A DNA stretch of 32,000 bases, taken from Planctomycetales bacterium (GTDB lineage: Bacteria; 4484-113; JAFGCY01). The notes beneath the pieces were generated by a model. That model made no database searches. It had not been told where the DNA came from and saw only the letters and a list, made by a program, of their open reading frames with translations. Both the position numbers and the translations under genes were made by a program. Positions 7,381 through 14,461 of this stretch are shown here, one piece after another (position 1 is the first letter of the stretch; each line of letters opens with the position of its first letter). Location of the stretch: positions 270,001-302,000 of the forward strand of contig CP060262.1 in NCBI GenBank assembly GCA_022646745.1, read 5' to 3'.

Positions 7381-8108
7381 GCCTTTGCCTCGGGGATTCC
7401 TGTCCCGGTAAAGGTTTCCTTCAGTACTGACCCATTTGACTTGCCGTAGATCCTTACCCAGAGCCTGTCCCAGGGGGCGAGGGTATGCCAGATACAAACA
7501 TCATTGTCCATGTCTGGCTGCATGCGGATTCCCAAGCCCGGAAAATCATGATGCATCTCGAGATTGATTGCCAGGCTGTTCCAGTCTGGATTGTCAAAAC
7601 TGTCGATGTACTTCCCGGTTGCCGGATTGAAGGCCAGCAGGGCCGGGATTGCAGGGTCGCCCGGTTCAAGATTGCGCAGCTGCTCCAGTGCATCCAGCAT
7701 CTCATCAGGTTCAGGTTCAATACCAAGGACCAGTTTGAGTCCATTACGGGGCAGGCAGTGATGGACTGCGTAGTAATATCCTGCCTCCTTGACCAACAGG
7801 TTTGGCCAGTTGTCTGTGTACCACTTGATTGTCAACACGCTGTCAACGAGCAATTCCTCACGGGATGCTGAGGAGTTTGGAGTGTTGCCACTTCCGGGGC
7901 CGTACGTGTTTGGACTTCGCGGGCCAGCATGACCATGCAAAGCATTCCACTCAAACCAGTCTGAGAGATCCAGTTCGCGGAACTGCTGCTCAATATCCGT
8001 TGCTTCAGTCGCGCTCGCTGTCGACGGGGCTGCGGCCAGGAAGCACACGAAGCAGAATATTCCCGCCAGAAATCGAAGTTCTGAGCTTTGGAAACTTGCA
8101 GTGCACAT
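7323..8108 (-). CDS. Secreted protein of unknown function (signal peptide), lower GC than surroundings
   Basis: N-terminal hydrophobic segment FLAGIFCFVCFLAAAPSTASA followed by a hydrophilic body. No recognisable motif. GC is about 47-55% in the 60-nt lines I hand-counted. Confidence 0.6.
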   Translation of the reverse strand: MCTASFQSSELRFLAGIFCFVCFLAAAPSTASATEATDIEQQFRELDLSDWFEWNALHGHAGPRSPNTYGPGSGNTPNSSASREELLVDSVLTIKWYTDNWPNLLVKEAGYYYAVHHCLPRNGLKLVLGIEPEPDEMLDALEQLRNLEPGDPAIPALLAFNPATGKYIDSFDNPDWNSLAINLEMHHDFPGLGIRMQPDMDNDVCIWHTLAPWDRLWVRIYGKSNGSVLKETFTGTGIPEAKAGVWSGELAISPFFPNSNL

Positions 8109-8231
8109 GATCTTTTCCCATCCAGAAGCGCAAGGAGATCACTTTTGTTTTACCCAAGCTCAAAGGTGGTAAGCAAGCACGTGCGTTCTACGTGTACAAG
8201 ACAAGTGCGCAGGTCGGAACAGGGCTTGGCC

Positions 8232-8263
8232 ACTCCAAACTCCCCACTCCAACCGCCAAACTC
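8232..8263. repeat. Heptamer array actccaa/actcccc/actccaa/ccgccaa/actc
   Basis: 7-nt phase. Shares the exact 15-mer AACTCCCCACTCCAA (8238-8252) with 7360-7374. Confidence 0.75.
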
Positions 8264-8264
8264 A

Positions 8265-8305
8265 TTGCCAGGCTTACAGCCTGGCCGCCGTTACTCCCTA
8301 CACCC
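8265..8305. repeat. 3'-end hairpin module, copy 1 (TTGCCAGGCTTACAGCCTGGCC...CTCCCTACACCC)
   Basis: The first 22 nt are identical, except for 1 loop nt, to 12733-12754, and the TCCC(C)TACACCC tail is shared. Lies just 3' of the BI-1 gene (minus strand). Confidence 0.7.
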
Positions 8306-8311
8306 GAGCTC

Positions 8312-9043
8312 CTAGTTCCTGTTCAGCTTGCTCAAAAGGCGCAGCACTTCGATGTACAGCCAGACGAGCGTGACAACCAGGCCCATCGCTCCGTACCACT
8401 CGAAGTAGCCCGGCAGGCCGTAGCTTTCGCCGCGCTCGATGAAGTCGAAGTCCAGCAGCAGGTTGAAGGCCGCAAGACCGATCACGAACAGGCTGAAGGC
8501 GATGCCGATCGGGCCGCCGTCGTGGATGTAGGGCACCATGATGCCAAAGAAGCTCAAAACGAAGGTCAGCAGGTAGACCGCCATCACGCCGAATGTGGCG
8601 ATGATCACGATGCTGCGCAGCTTGTCAGTCACCTGAATGATGCGGCCGGTGTACAGGCCGAGCATCACCATCAGGATCGCAATCGTGATAACCACGGCCT
8701 GCGGCACCATCTGCGCATATGCGCCGGGCACCATCGTGGCCATCACCAGGCTGAATGCGCCGACGAACACGCCTTCCACCAGCGCGTAGATCGGCGCCAG
8801 GATCGGGGAGGCCTGCGGCTGGAAGTAGGACCAGAACACCATGATCACACCGGCGATCATCGAGCCGATCAACAGCGGGAAGCCGATGGCCGGGTTGGCC
8901 GCCACGGCGCTCCAGGACCAGACGGCGGTGAACAACAGCAGGAGCAGCAGCAGGCCGGTCTTGAGCACCGTGCCCTGCACGGACATGCGCCCGGAACCGC
9001 TCAGTTCCTGTACACGATCTTCGTTGAACATCGGATTCGCCAT
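8312..9043 (-). CDS. Bax inhibitor-1/YccA family membrane protein
   Basis: About 7 TM segments. N-terminal MSVQGTVLKTGLLLLLLL and C-terminal LVWLYIEVLRLLSKL are typical of the family. GAGGT lies before the ATG at 9043. Confidence 0.75.
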   Translation of the reverse strand: MANPMFNEDRVQELSGSGRMSVQGTVLKTGLLLLLLLFTAVWSWSAVAANPAIGFPLLIGSMIAGVIMVFWSYFQPQASPILAPIYALVEGVFVGAFSLVMATMVPGAYAQMVPQAVVITIAILMVMLGLYTGRIIQVTDKLRSIVIIATFGVMAVYLLTFVLSFFGIMVPYIHDGGPIGIAFSLFVIGLAAFNLLLDFDFIERGESYGLPGYFEWYGAMGLVVTLVWLYIEVLRLLSKLNRN

Positions 9044-9109
9044 TGCTTACCTCACTGCCATTAATGACTGTTCCACAGGCCCTCTGTTCAGGCCTGATAC
9101 TCAGTATAT

Positions 9110-9871
9110 ATGCATGGCGTGTCTATAATGTTTCCCGTGAGGAAGGCAATCACAGTACTGCTGGCACTGTGCCTGGTGCTTGGCACCCGGCTACCGGTAT
9201 ATGCGGGCATCCTCGATGAGGTGCAGCTGGAGTTCATCAGCGGTGATGTGACCGGCGACCAGCGCGGCCAGGGCACGGCCACGGTCAGCGCGCGGATCAC
9301 CAACATCGGCGACCGCAATCTCAACGGCGTGCGCATCGCCGCCTACTACTCCCCCTACGACACCTTCCCGGATGAGTTCGCTGAATGGAAGCTGCATGAG
9401 TTCCTGCTGGAGCCACCGCTCAAGCCCGGCAAGAGCGTGGTGCTGGAATTCCAGGATGACAAGGCCTTCGAGTACATCCAGCTTGAGCTGCGGCGGGCCA
9501 ACTTCGACCTGCGCATCGTCGTGAACGGCAAGCAGCTCGCCAGCGAGGGGCTGGTACGCATCGAGGACGGTGCGGCCTACATGCAGAGCCGCGACCTCGT
9601 GGGCATCATCGGTGGCGACCTGAAATATGACGCAGAGGCGGACCGCGTGGAACTCAAGCGCGGGGAGCGCGTGCTGCTCTACAAGGAGGGCCGCCGCAGC
9701 ATCGACGTCAACGAGGAACGCCGCGCGCTGAGCCATCCGGTGATCACCATCGAAGGCCGCACCTGGGTGCCGATCGAAAGCATCTGCAGGGAACTGGAGA
9801 TCGAATGCGAGATCGACCACAGCCTCAATGTGCTGACCCTGACCTTTGAGCCGCTGCCTGAGGAGAACTGA
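9110..9871 (+). CDS. Secreted protein: CARDB-like N-terminal domain plus copper-amine-oxidase-N-terminal-like (stalk) domain
   Basis: Signal peptide RKAITVLLALCLVLGTRLPVYA; VSARITNIGDRNLNGVRIAAYY...LKPGKSVVLEF; VVNGKQL...ITIEGRTWVPIESICRELEIE. The start is ambiguous (ATG 9110, ATG 9128 or GTG 9137). Confidence 0.55.
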   Translation: MHGVSIMFPVRKAITVLLALCLVLGTRLPVYAGILDEVQLEFISGDVTGDQRGQGTATVSARITNIGDRNLNGVRIAAYYSPYDTFPDEFAEWKLHEFLLEPPLKPGKSVVLEFQDDKAFEYIQLELRRANFDLRIVVNGKQLASEGLVRIEDGAAYMQSRDLVGIIGGDLKYDAEADRVELKRGERVLLYKEGRRSIDVNEERRALSHPVITIEGRTWVPIESICRELEIECEIDHSLNVLTLTFEPLPEEN

Positions 9872-10603
9872 TCAGACCTTCTGCGCACAGCGCAGCTCGG
9901 CCAGCATCTTCGTTCCGGTGCCCAGGGCATCAGGTGCTGTCATCAGCACTTCACCACCATTCTCAATGGTCCAGATGGCGGCCTGGTTGGCCATGTCCAC
10001 ACCAGCGAAATTCAGGCGCATCTCGTCGTTGAGCCCCTTGCCGGTTCCGCTGATGCGGCAGTCCCGGCTGATGAACAGCAGTTCCACCTCACCGTTCTGT
10101 GCTGCATCCAAAACGTCCTGCAATTCGAGGGCGATATCCTCCGGAGCGGCTTCCGCCTCCGGATCAATTCTCTCCTGCAGTGCCGCCAGCCGGCTGTTCG
10201 TCTCTTCCGCCAGTACTTCTTCCTCGTCCACCCGCTCCAGTAGGGGCCGGATGTGGAACACTGTCTTGACCGAAACCTGCTCCATCGGCGCACTGCCCAG
10301 GATGAAGCGCGCACTGTAGCCGGGGCTGGCAAACAGCCCCATCCCCGGGGCATTCTTGCCGAAAGAAGCCAGGCTGGTCAGCCGGGATATGCTCTTCAGG
10401 AGTTTTTCCGCTTGCTTTTCACTTAATCCGCGGCTTGAAAGCAGGCGCATCGCCATGCCGAGCATGCTTTCCAGACGTTCTGCGGGAGTGGATCCGGTTC
10501 CGTCCTCTTCAAGGCTCAGGTATATGGATACGCAGGGATCGCCAGCGTGTGAAACAAGGTCCCTGATGGCACTGGTATCTATTGGGATCGAGTATTTGTC
10601 CAT
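9872..10603 (-). CDS. baeRF-family protein (bacterial homolog of archaeo-eukaryotic release factor eRF1/Pelota fold)
   Basis: N-terminal IRDLVSHAGDPCVSIYLSL, GMGLFASPG, FHIRPLLE, and C-terminal DAAQNGEVELLFIS...ENGGEVLM...AELR. These match my recollection of baeRF family signatures. ATG at 10603. Confidence 0.55.
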   Translation of the reverse strand: MDKYSIPIDTSAIRDLVSHAGDPCVSIYLSLEEDGTGSTPAERLESMLGMAMRLLSSRGLSEKQAEKLLKSISRLTSLASFGKNAPGMGLFASPGYSARFILGSAPMEQVSVKTVFHIRPLLERVDEEEVLAEETNSRLAALQERIDPEAEAAPEDIALELQDVLDAAQNGEVELLFISRDCRISGTGKGLNDEMRLNFAGVDMANQAAIWTIENGGEVLMTAPDALGTGTKMLAELRCAQKV

Positions 10604-10664
10604 ATTATATTTTAACGTCTCGACACTCGGAGCATGTGAAACACCCAGGACAGGGTCGTCCCGG

Positions 10665-11519
10665 CTAGCTGTCCGGGCTGTCCGGGGCATGTCCAGCGAG
10701 GCCTCGGTTCACCTCCAGCTCGCCGTCCTGCGGGATGTCCGCCCCCAGCTCATGCATCATTTCACCGCAGTGGTTGATGAACACGTCGCGTGTGCGCCGT
10801 ACGTTGCTGCCGAGCTCCGTGGTGACCAGCGACAGGAACAGCAGGCCAAGCACGATCTTGACCGGGATGCCGACGAAGAACACGTTCAGCTGCGGCATCA
10901 CGCGGGCCAGGATGCCGAGCGCGAGGTCGATCAGGATCAGGAATGCAATCAGCGGCAGGGAGATCCTGAGCGCGATGGTGAACAGGCTGGTACAGATCGC
11001 GACCATCGTCTGGGTGTCGAAATGCTCGATCATCCAGGTGCCGGGCGGCAGCAGTTCGTAGCTGGCGATCCACAGCCTGAGCAGCTCGAGGTGCATCCCG
11101 GTACCGACGAACACGAGCATCGCGGCGGTGAACAGGAACTGCCCGATGATGCTGGCCTGGGTATGGGTGCTCGGGTCGAATACATTCACGACCGCGAAAC
11201 CCATCTGGTAGCCGATGAACTGGCCGGCGAACTGGAAGGCGACGAACACCAGCGCCATGATGAATCCCAGCAGCATACCAAGCGCTAGCTCCTGCACGGC
11301 GGAGGCGAGGAACATCGAGTCGTCCAGCAGCCTGAGCTGCGCGGTCGGCACGTAGAAGGTGTAGACGATGTTGGAGAGCAGGAAAGCCAGCACCACGCGC
11401 AGCATCACGGGCACGCCCTGGGCACTGAATATCGGCGCCAGGAACACGAATCCCATCGTACGCAGCAGTATCAATAACCAGAGCAGGCCAAGCTGCCCCA
11501 GGTAGTCAGTCAGTTCCAC
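10665..11519 (-). CDS. fliR: Flagellar/type III export apparatus protein FliR (SctT family), orphan
   Basis: GQFIGYQMGFAVVNVFDP and LALGILARVMPQLNVFFVGIPV align with E. coli FliR. The GTG start at 11519 is preceded by GGAGAG. The 544-aa ORF in the track is an upstream over-extension. Confidence 0.85.
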   Translation of the reverse strand: MELTDYLGQLGLLWLLILLRTMGFVFLAPIFSAQGVPVMLRVVLAFLLSNIVYTFYVPTAQLRLLDDSMFLASAVQELALGMLLGFIMALVFVAFQFAGQFIGYQMGFAVVNVFDPSTHTQASIIGQFLFTAAMLVFVGTGMHLELLRLWIASYELLPPGTWMIEHFDTQTMVAICTSLFTIALRISLPLIAFLILIDLALGILARVMPQLNVFFVGIPVKIVLGLLFLSLVTTELGSNVRRTRDVFINHCGEMMHELGADIPQDGELEVNRGLAGHAPDSPDS

Positions 11520-11702
11520 TTCTCTCTCCACAGAGATGATATTGGGTCTGCGGTCGAAACTGAACCAAATCCAGGTCAAGCCTGCCGGCTGAACCTTGAT
11601 TTCATGCTGCAGCGTAGGGATAGCGGGGGTATATTGTGTTGCCCGCAAGGGCAGCGGCCGGGCTGCGAGCGTCCGGGAACGTGCTAATATCCAGAGTTTC
11701 CG

Positions 11703-12335
11703 ATGAGCGAGACCTCCAGCCTGAGCATTTCCGCACGCACTCCGATCGAGGAGGTGCGCTTCAGCGTGCTGGATCTCGAGACCACCGGCGGGGCACCGCC
11801 CGAGCACAAGATCACGGAAATCGCCGCCTACCACGTGGACGGCCTGCAGATCACCGACGAGTTCGTGACCCTCGTCAACCCCGAGCGCAACATCCCCGCC
11901 TTCATCACCGGCCTGACCGGCATCAACGAGAAGATGGTGAAGGACAAGCCACCCAGCCGCGACGTGCTGCCGGAGCTGCAGGTGTTCCTCGGCGACAGCA
12001 TCCTCGTGGCGCACCACAGCCAGTTCGACCGCCGCTTCCTCGAGAACGAGCTGGAGCTGATGGGCGAGCGCACACTGCACAACGGCGACCTCTGCACCTC
12101 GCGTCTGGCGCGCCGCATCGTGCCCTGGCTGCCCTCGAAGAGCCTTGGCAACCTGGCGGCCTTCTTCGGGATCAGCATCCCGGACCGCCACCGCGCGGCG
12201 GGCGATGCCTACGCCACGAGCGAACTGCTGATCATCTTCCTGAAGTACCTCAAGAGCCGCGGACTGGACACCATCGACCAGGTGATGGAGTTCCAGCACG
12301 GCGAGATGCCCTACCCGACCGACGGCGACGACTAG
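11703..12335 (+). CDS. DEDDh 3'-5' exonuclease (DnaQ / DNA pol III epsilon-like)
   Basis: ExoI VLDLETTG, ExoII VAHHSQFD, ExoIII HRAAGDAYAT. Confidence 0.85.
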   Translation: MSETSSLSISARTPIEEVRFSVLDLETTGGAPPEHKITEIAAYHVDGLQITDEFVTLVNPERNIPAFITGLTGINEKMVKDKPPSRDVLPELQVFLGDSILVAHHSQFDRRFLENELELMGERTLHNGDLCTSRLARRIVPWLPSKSLGNLAAFFGISIPDRHRAAGDAYATSELLIIFLKYLKSRGLDTIDQVMEFQHGEMPYPTDGDD

Positions 12336-12362
12336 GAGGTGCGCAATTTACTTGCGCACAAT
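12335..12362. repeat. REP hairpin element, copy 3 (GGAGGTGCGCAATTTACTTGCGCACAAT)
   Basis: Same architecture as 3682-3712. A C>T change in the left arm is matched by a G>A change in the right arm (compensatory). Confidence 0.8.
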
Positions 12363-12384
12363 GGGGTGCAGCGATTGAAAGAGG

Positions 12385-12419
12385 TAGTTAGTTGTTAGTA
12401 CTTAGTTCTTAGTTCTTGT
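12385..12419. repeat. Heptamer array tagttag/ttgttag/tacttag/ttcttag/ttcttgt (TAG every 7 nt)
   Basis: TAG at 12389, 12396, 12403 and 12410, which covers all three plus frames. The complement carries TAA in each unit. Confidence 0.8.
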
Positions 12420-12477
12420 TGGCAGCGGCACGCTGACTGATTGACTCCTTGTCTGTTTGGCAACTGATCGGTAGAAC

Positions 12478-12512
12478 CACTAATCACTAATAACTAACAA
12501 CTAAGAACTTCC
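12478..12512. repeat. Heptamer array cactaat/cactaat/aactaac/aactaag/aacttcc (TAA every 7 nt)
   Basis: TAA at 12481, 12488, 12495 and 12502. Imperfect inverted repeat of 12385-12419 (12-nt exact core TTAGTTGTTAGT). Confidence 0.8.
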
Positions 12513-12533
12513 CCTATGTAGCTTGCCAATGAT

Positions 12534-12582
12534 GTAGGGTGGCGGTAACACCGCCACCGGGATGGGGTGTTACCCCATCCCT
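12534..12582 (+). repeat. 49-nt GTAG-double-hairpin element, copy A
   Basis: GTAG, then stem GGTGGCGG/CCGCCACC (loop TAACA), then stem GGGATGGGG/CCCCATCCC (loop TGTTA). Identical to 16761-16809 except for 1 nt. Confidence 0.85.
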
Positions 12583-12665
12583 GCTTCCGCAAAAGAAGTC
12601 TTCGCAGGATTTTGCGGCAGCAAGTGCCGCTCCTGCCGGCTGCTGGAAGCAGCCGCTACAGTCTT

Positions 12666-12705
12666 CTGCTTCTGATTCTGCTTCTGATTCTGCTTCTGAT
12701 TCTGC
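12666..12705. repeat. Tandem 12-mer CTGCTTCTGATT x3.3
   Basis: Three perfect copies plus a partial copy, read directly from the sequence. Confidence 0.9.
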
Positions 12706-12708
12706 CCA

Positions 12709-12732
12709 CTGCCTACTGCCTACTGCCTACTG
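12709..12732. repeat. Tandem heptamer CTGCCTA x3.4
   Basis: Perfect copies. On the minus strand this gives TAG every 7 nt, immediately 3' of the gene ending at 12759. Confidence 0.9.
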
Positions 12733-12766
12733 TTGCCAGGCTGACAGCCTGGCCTCCCCTACACCC
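12733..12766. repeat. 3'-end hairpin module, copy 2 (TTGCCAGGCTGACAGCCTGGCC TCCCCTACACCC)
   Basis: Hairpin 12735-12753. The tail contains the TAG stop (12759-12761) and the last codons of the presenilin-like gene. Confidence 0.7.
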
Positions 12767-13682
12767 TCGCCACCGCCATGAGCCACTTGCCTGCCATCAG
12801 CGCGATGAATAATGCGGCCACCGCGAATGTGAGCATCACTTCCTGGCGGTCGATGTTGCGCATGCGCGGCTCGCGGAACCACAGTACGAAGATCGTGCCG
12901 AAGGCAATGCTCACCAGTGCCGGCAGGGCCAGGTTGAAGACCTGCGAAGCGGCCAGTGCGACGATTGCCATCACAAGCGTCGTGCCGTAGATCAGGCGCT
13001 TGTCCAGCCCGTGCACCCAGGCCGCGCGGAACAGGAAGGCCAGGATCACGAAGTCGCCAACCCCCATCACAGGGGCGGCCTCGTGGATCGGCAGTGGCAT
13101 GTGCACGAACAGGTAGTTCACCCATGGCACCTTTACCGAGTGGGCCGCGGCCGCAGCGGCAGTGGCGGCTTCCTCCGGCGGTGCATTCTTTATCGCTTCC
13201 GCCATCGCCTCCGCCACCTTCTGCTGGTGCTCCTCCATCCCTTCCACGATCTTCTTCGATGGCCCCTGGAACACGCTGTAGATGTCGGCGAAGGCCATTG
13301 CCACCGCCAGTGGCACGAGGTTCGTGACCTTTTCCATCCGGTCGCCGACCCAGTAGCCGACGGGCACCGCGATCAGGATAAGCCCGAGCGTTGACAGCGC
13401 ACGCAGCGGCAGTGAATTGTCAGCCAGCGCCACCGGCAGGACGATGCTGGCAACACCCCCGGCGAACATCGTGTAACGGCTCCAGGCCGGCCAGTCCGTT
13501 GATTCACCGGCGAGGATCACCATGAACAGGAGCCCGATGCCGATCACGATTGCCGCCACCTGCAGCAGGAGCGAGGCCATGTCCGGGAACTCCTGCACGC
13601 TTGGCAGGTTCACCGTGATCGCGAAGAATCCCAGCCAGGCCAGCGCTCCGACGAGCGTCCACAGCTTGCCGGCGCGGTTCAT
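12759..13682 (-). CDS. Presenilin/signal-peptide-peptidase-like intramembrane aspartyl protease (GxGD type, peptidase A22-like)
   Basis: About 9 TM segments. Asp in TM (AMAFADIYSVF, D133), an Ala/Glu-rich loop, GVGD in the next TM (D210), and a PAL motif 44 residues later (LALPALVSIAF). The ATGA overlap with the upstream gene indicates translational coupling. Confidence 0.6.
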   Translation of the reverse strand: MNRAGKLWTLVGALAWLGFFAITVNLPSVQEFPDMASLLLQVAAIVIGIGLLFMVILAGESTDWPAWSRYTMFAGGVASIVLPVALADNSLPLRALSTLGLILIAVPVGYWVGDRMEKVTNLVPLAVAMAFADIYSVFQGPSKKIVEGMEEHQQKVAEAMAEAIKNAPPEEAATAAAAAAHSVKVPWVNYLFVHMPLPIHEAAPVMGVGDFVILAFLFRAAWVHGLDKRLIYGTTLVMAIVALAASQVFNLALPALVSIAFGTIFVLWFREPRMRNIDRQEVMLTFAVAALFIALMAGKWLMAVARV

Positions 13683-14461
13683 GACAGCTCCAGCACGCGG
13701 CTGTGCTCATGCTGGGCGAGGATCGTATGCGGAATGTTGCCAACCTCCACGCGCGAGAAGGCCTCGCTCGCGGCACGCGGTGTATTGCTGTTCTCCGAGA
13801 GGTGCCCGAGCAGCAGGTGCTGCGGCATACTGGCCAGCCCGGTGGACAGCTCCACCGCCTGCTGGTTGCTCAGGTGGCCGTGGTTGCTGCGGATGCGGCT
13901 CTTGAGGTACTCCGGATACATGTTGCCACGCAGGATCTCCGGGCAGTGGTTGCTTTCCAGCACCAGGAGCTCGCAGTCGCCGAACACCGCCACCTGCTGG
14001 CTGCCGTAGGTGCCGAGGTCGGTCAGGATCCCCATCCGGTGCCCGTTGCAGAACAGCTTGAACATGCAGGTCGGGTCGGCATCGTGGCTCACCGCGCAGG
14101 GCAGGATGTCAATATCGCGGTGCGGGAAGCCGTGTTCGGAGTCGTAGGTCTGGATGTTGTCATAATCACAGCCACGCTTGAGGCGGATGCTCCGCGCCAG
14201 CTCATTCCTGACCTGCTCGTGGCAGTAGACCACCGGGCTTGCGTGCTTGAGCAGCACCCCGAGCCCGCTGATGTGGTCGCTGTGGGTATGGCTGACGACG
14301 ATGGCGTCGATTTCCGCCAGCTGCACGCCGGCCTCGGCCAGGGCGGCCTGCACGCGGCGGATGCCGATCCCGCAGTCCACCAGCATGCGCGAGTGTTCAC
14401 TCTCGACGTAGTAGCAGTTTCCCTTGCTGCCGCTGGCAATGCTCATGAAGCGCACGCTCAT
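13679..14461 (-). CDS. MBL-fold metallo-hydrolase (YycJ/WalJ-like)
   Basis: SGSKGNCYYVE and HTHSDH motifs, plus a later HLS...GHLS. Start and stop overlap the neighbouring genes by 4 nt at both ends. Confidence 0.8.
   Translation of the reverse strand: MSVRFMSIASGSKGNCYYVESEHSRMLVDCGIGIRRVQAALAEAGVQLAEIDAIVVSHTHSDHISGLGVLLKHASPVVYCHEQVRNELARSIRLKRGCDYDNIQTYDSEHGFPHRDIDILPCAVSHDADPTCMFKLFCNGHRMGILTDLGTYGSQQVAVFGDCELLVLESNHCPEILRGNMYPEYLKSRIRSNHGHLSNQQAVELSTGLASMPQHLLLGHLSENSNTPRAASEAFSRVEVGNIPHTILAQHEHSRVLELS

Noticed and set aside
11520-12299. N-terminal 260-aa extension of the 544-aa ORF 10665-12299
   Set aside because: The extension is antisense to the DEDDh exonuclease gene and has no FliR similarity. 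FliR homology begins at the GTG at 11519, which has its own GGAGAG RBS.
12534-12560. GTAGGGTGGCGG... considered as a T-box (AGGGUGGNACCGCG) riboswitch core
   Set aside because: Only the GGGTGG hexamer matches. There is no specifier loop or antiterminator context, no downstream aminoacyl-tRNA-related gene on that strand, and the element is a dispersed repeat.
12666-12732. Short direct repeats considered as a CRISPR array
   Set aside because: The units are only 12 nt and 7 nt, are strictly tandem with no spacers, and no cas genes are nearby.
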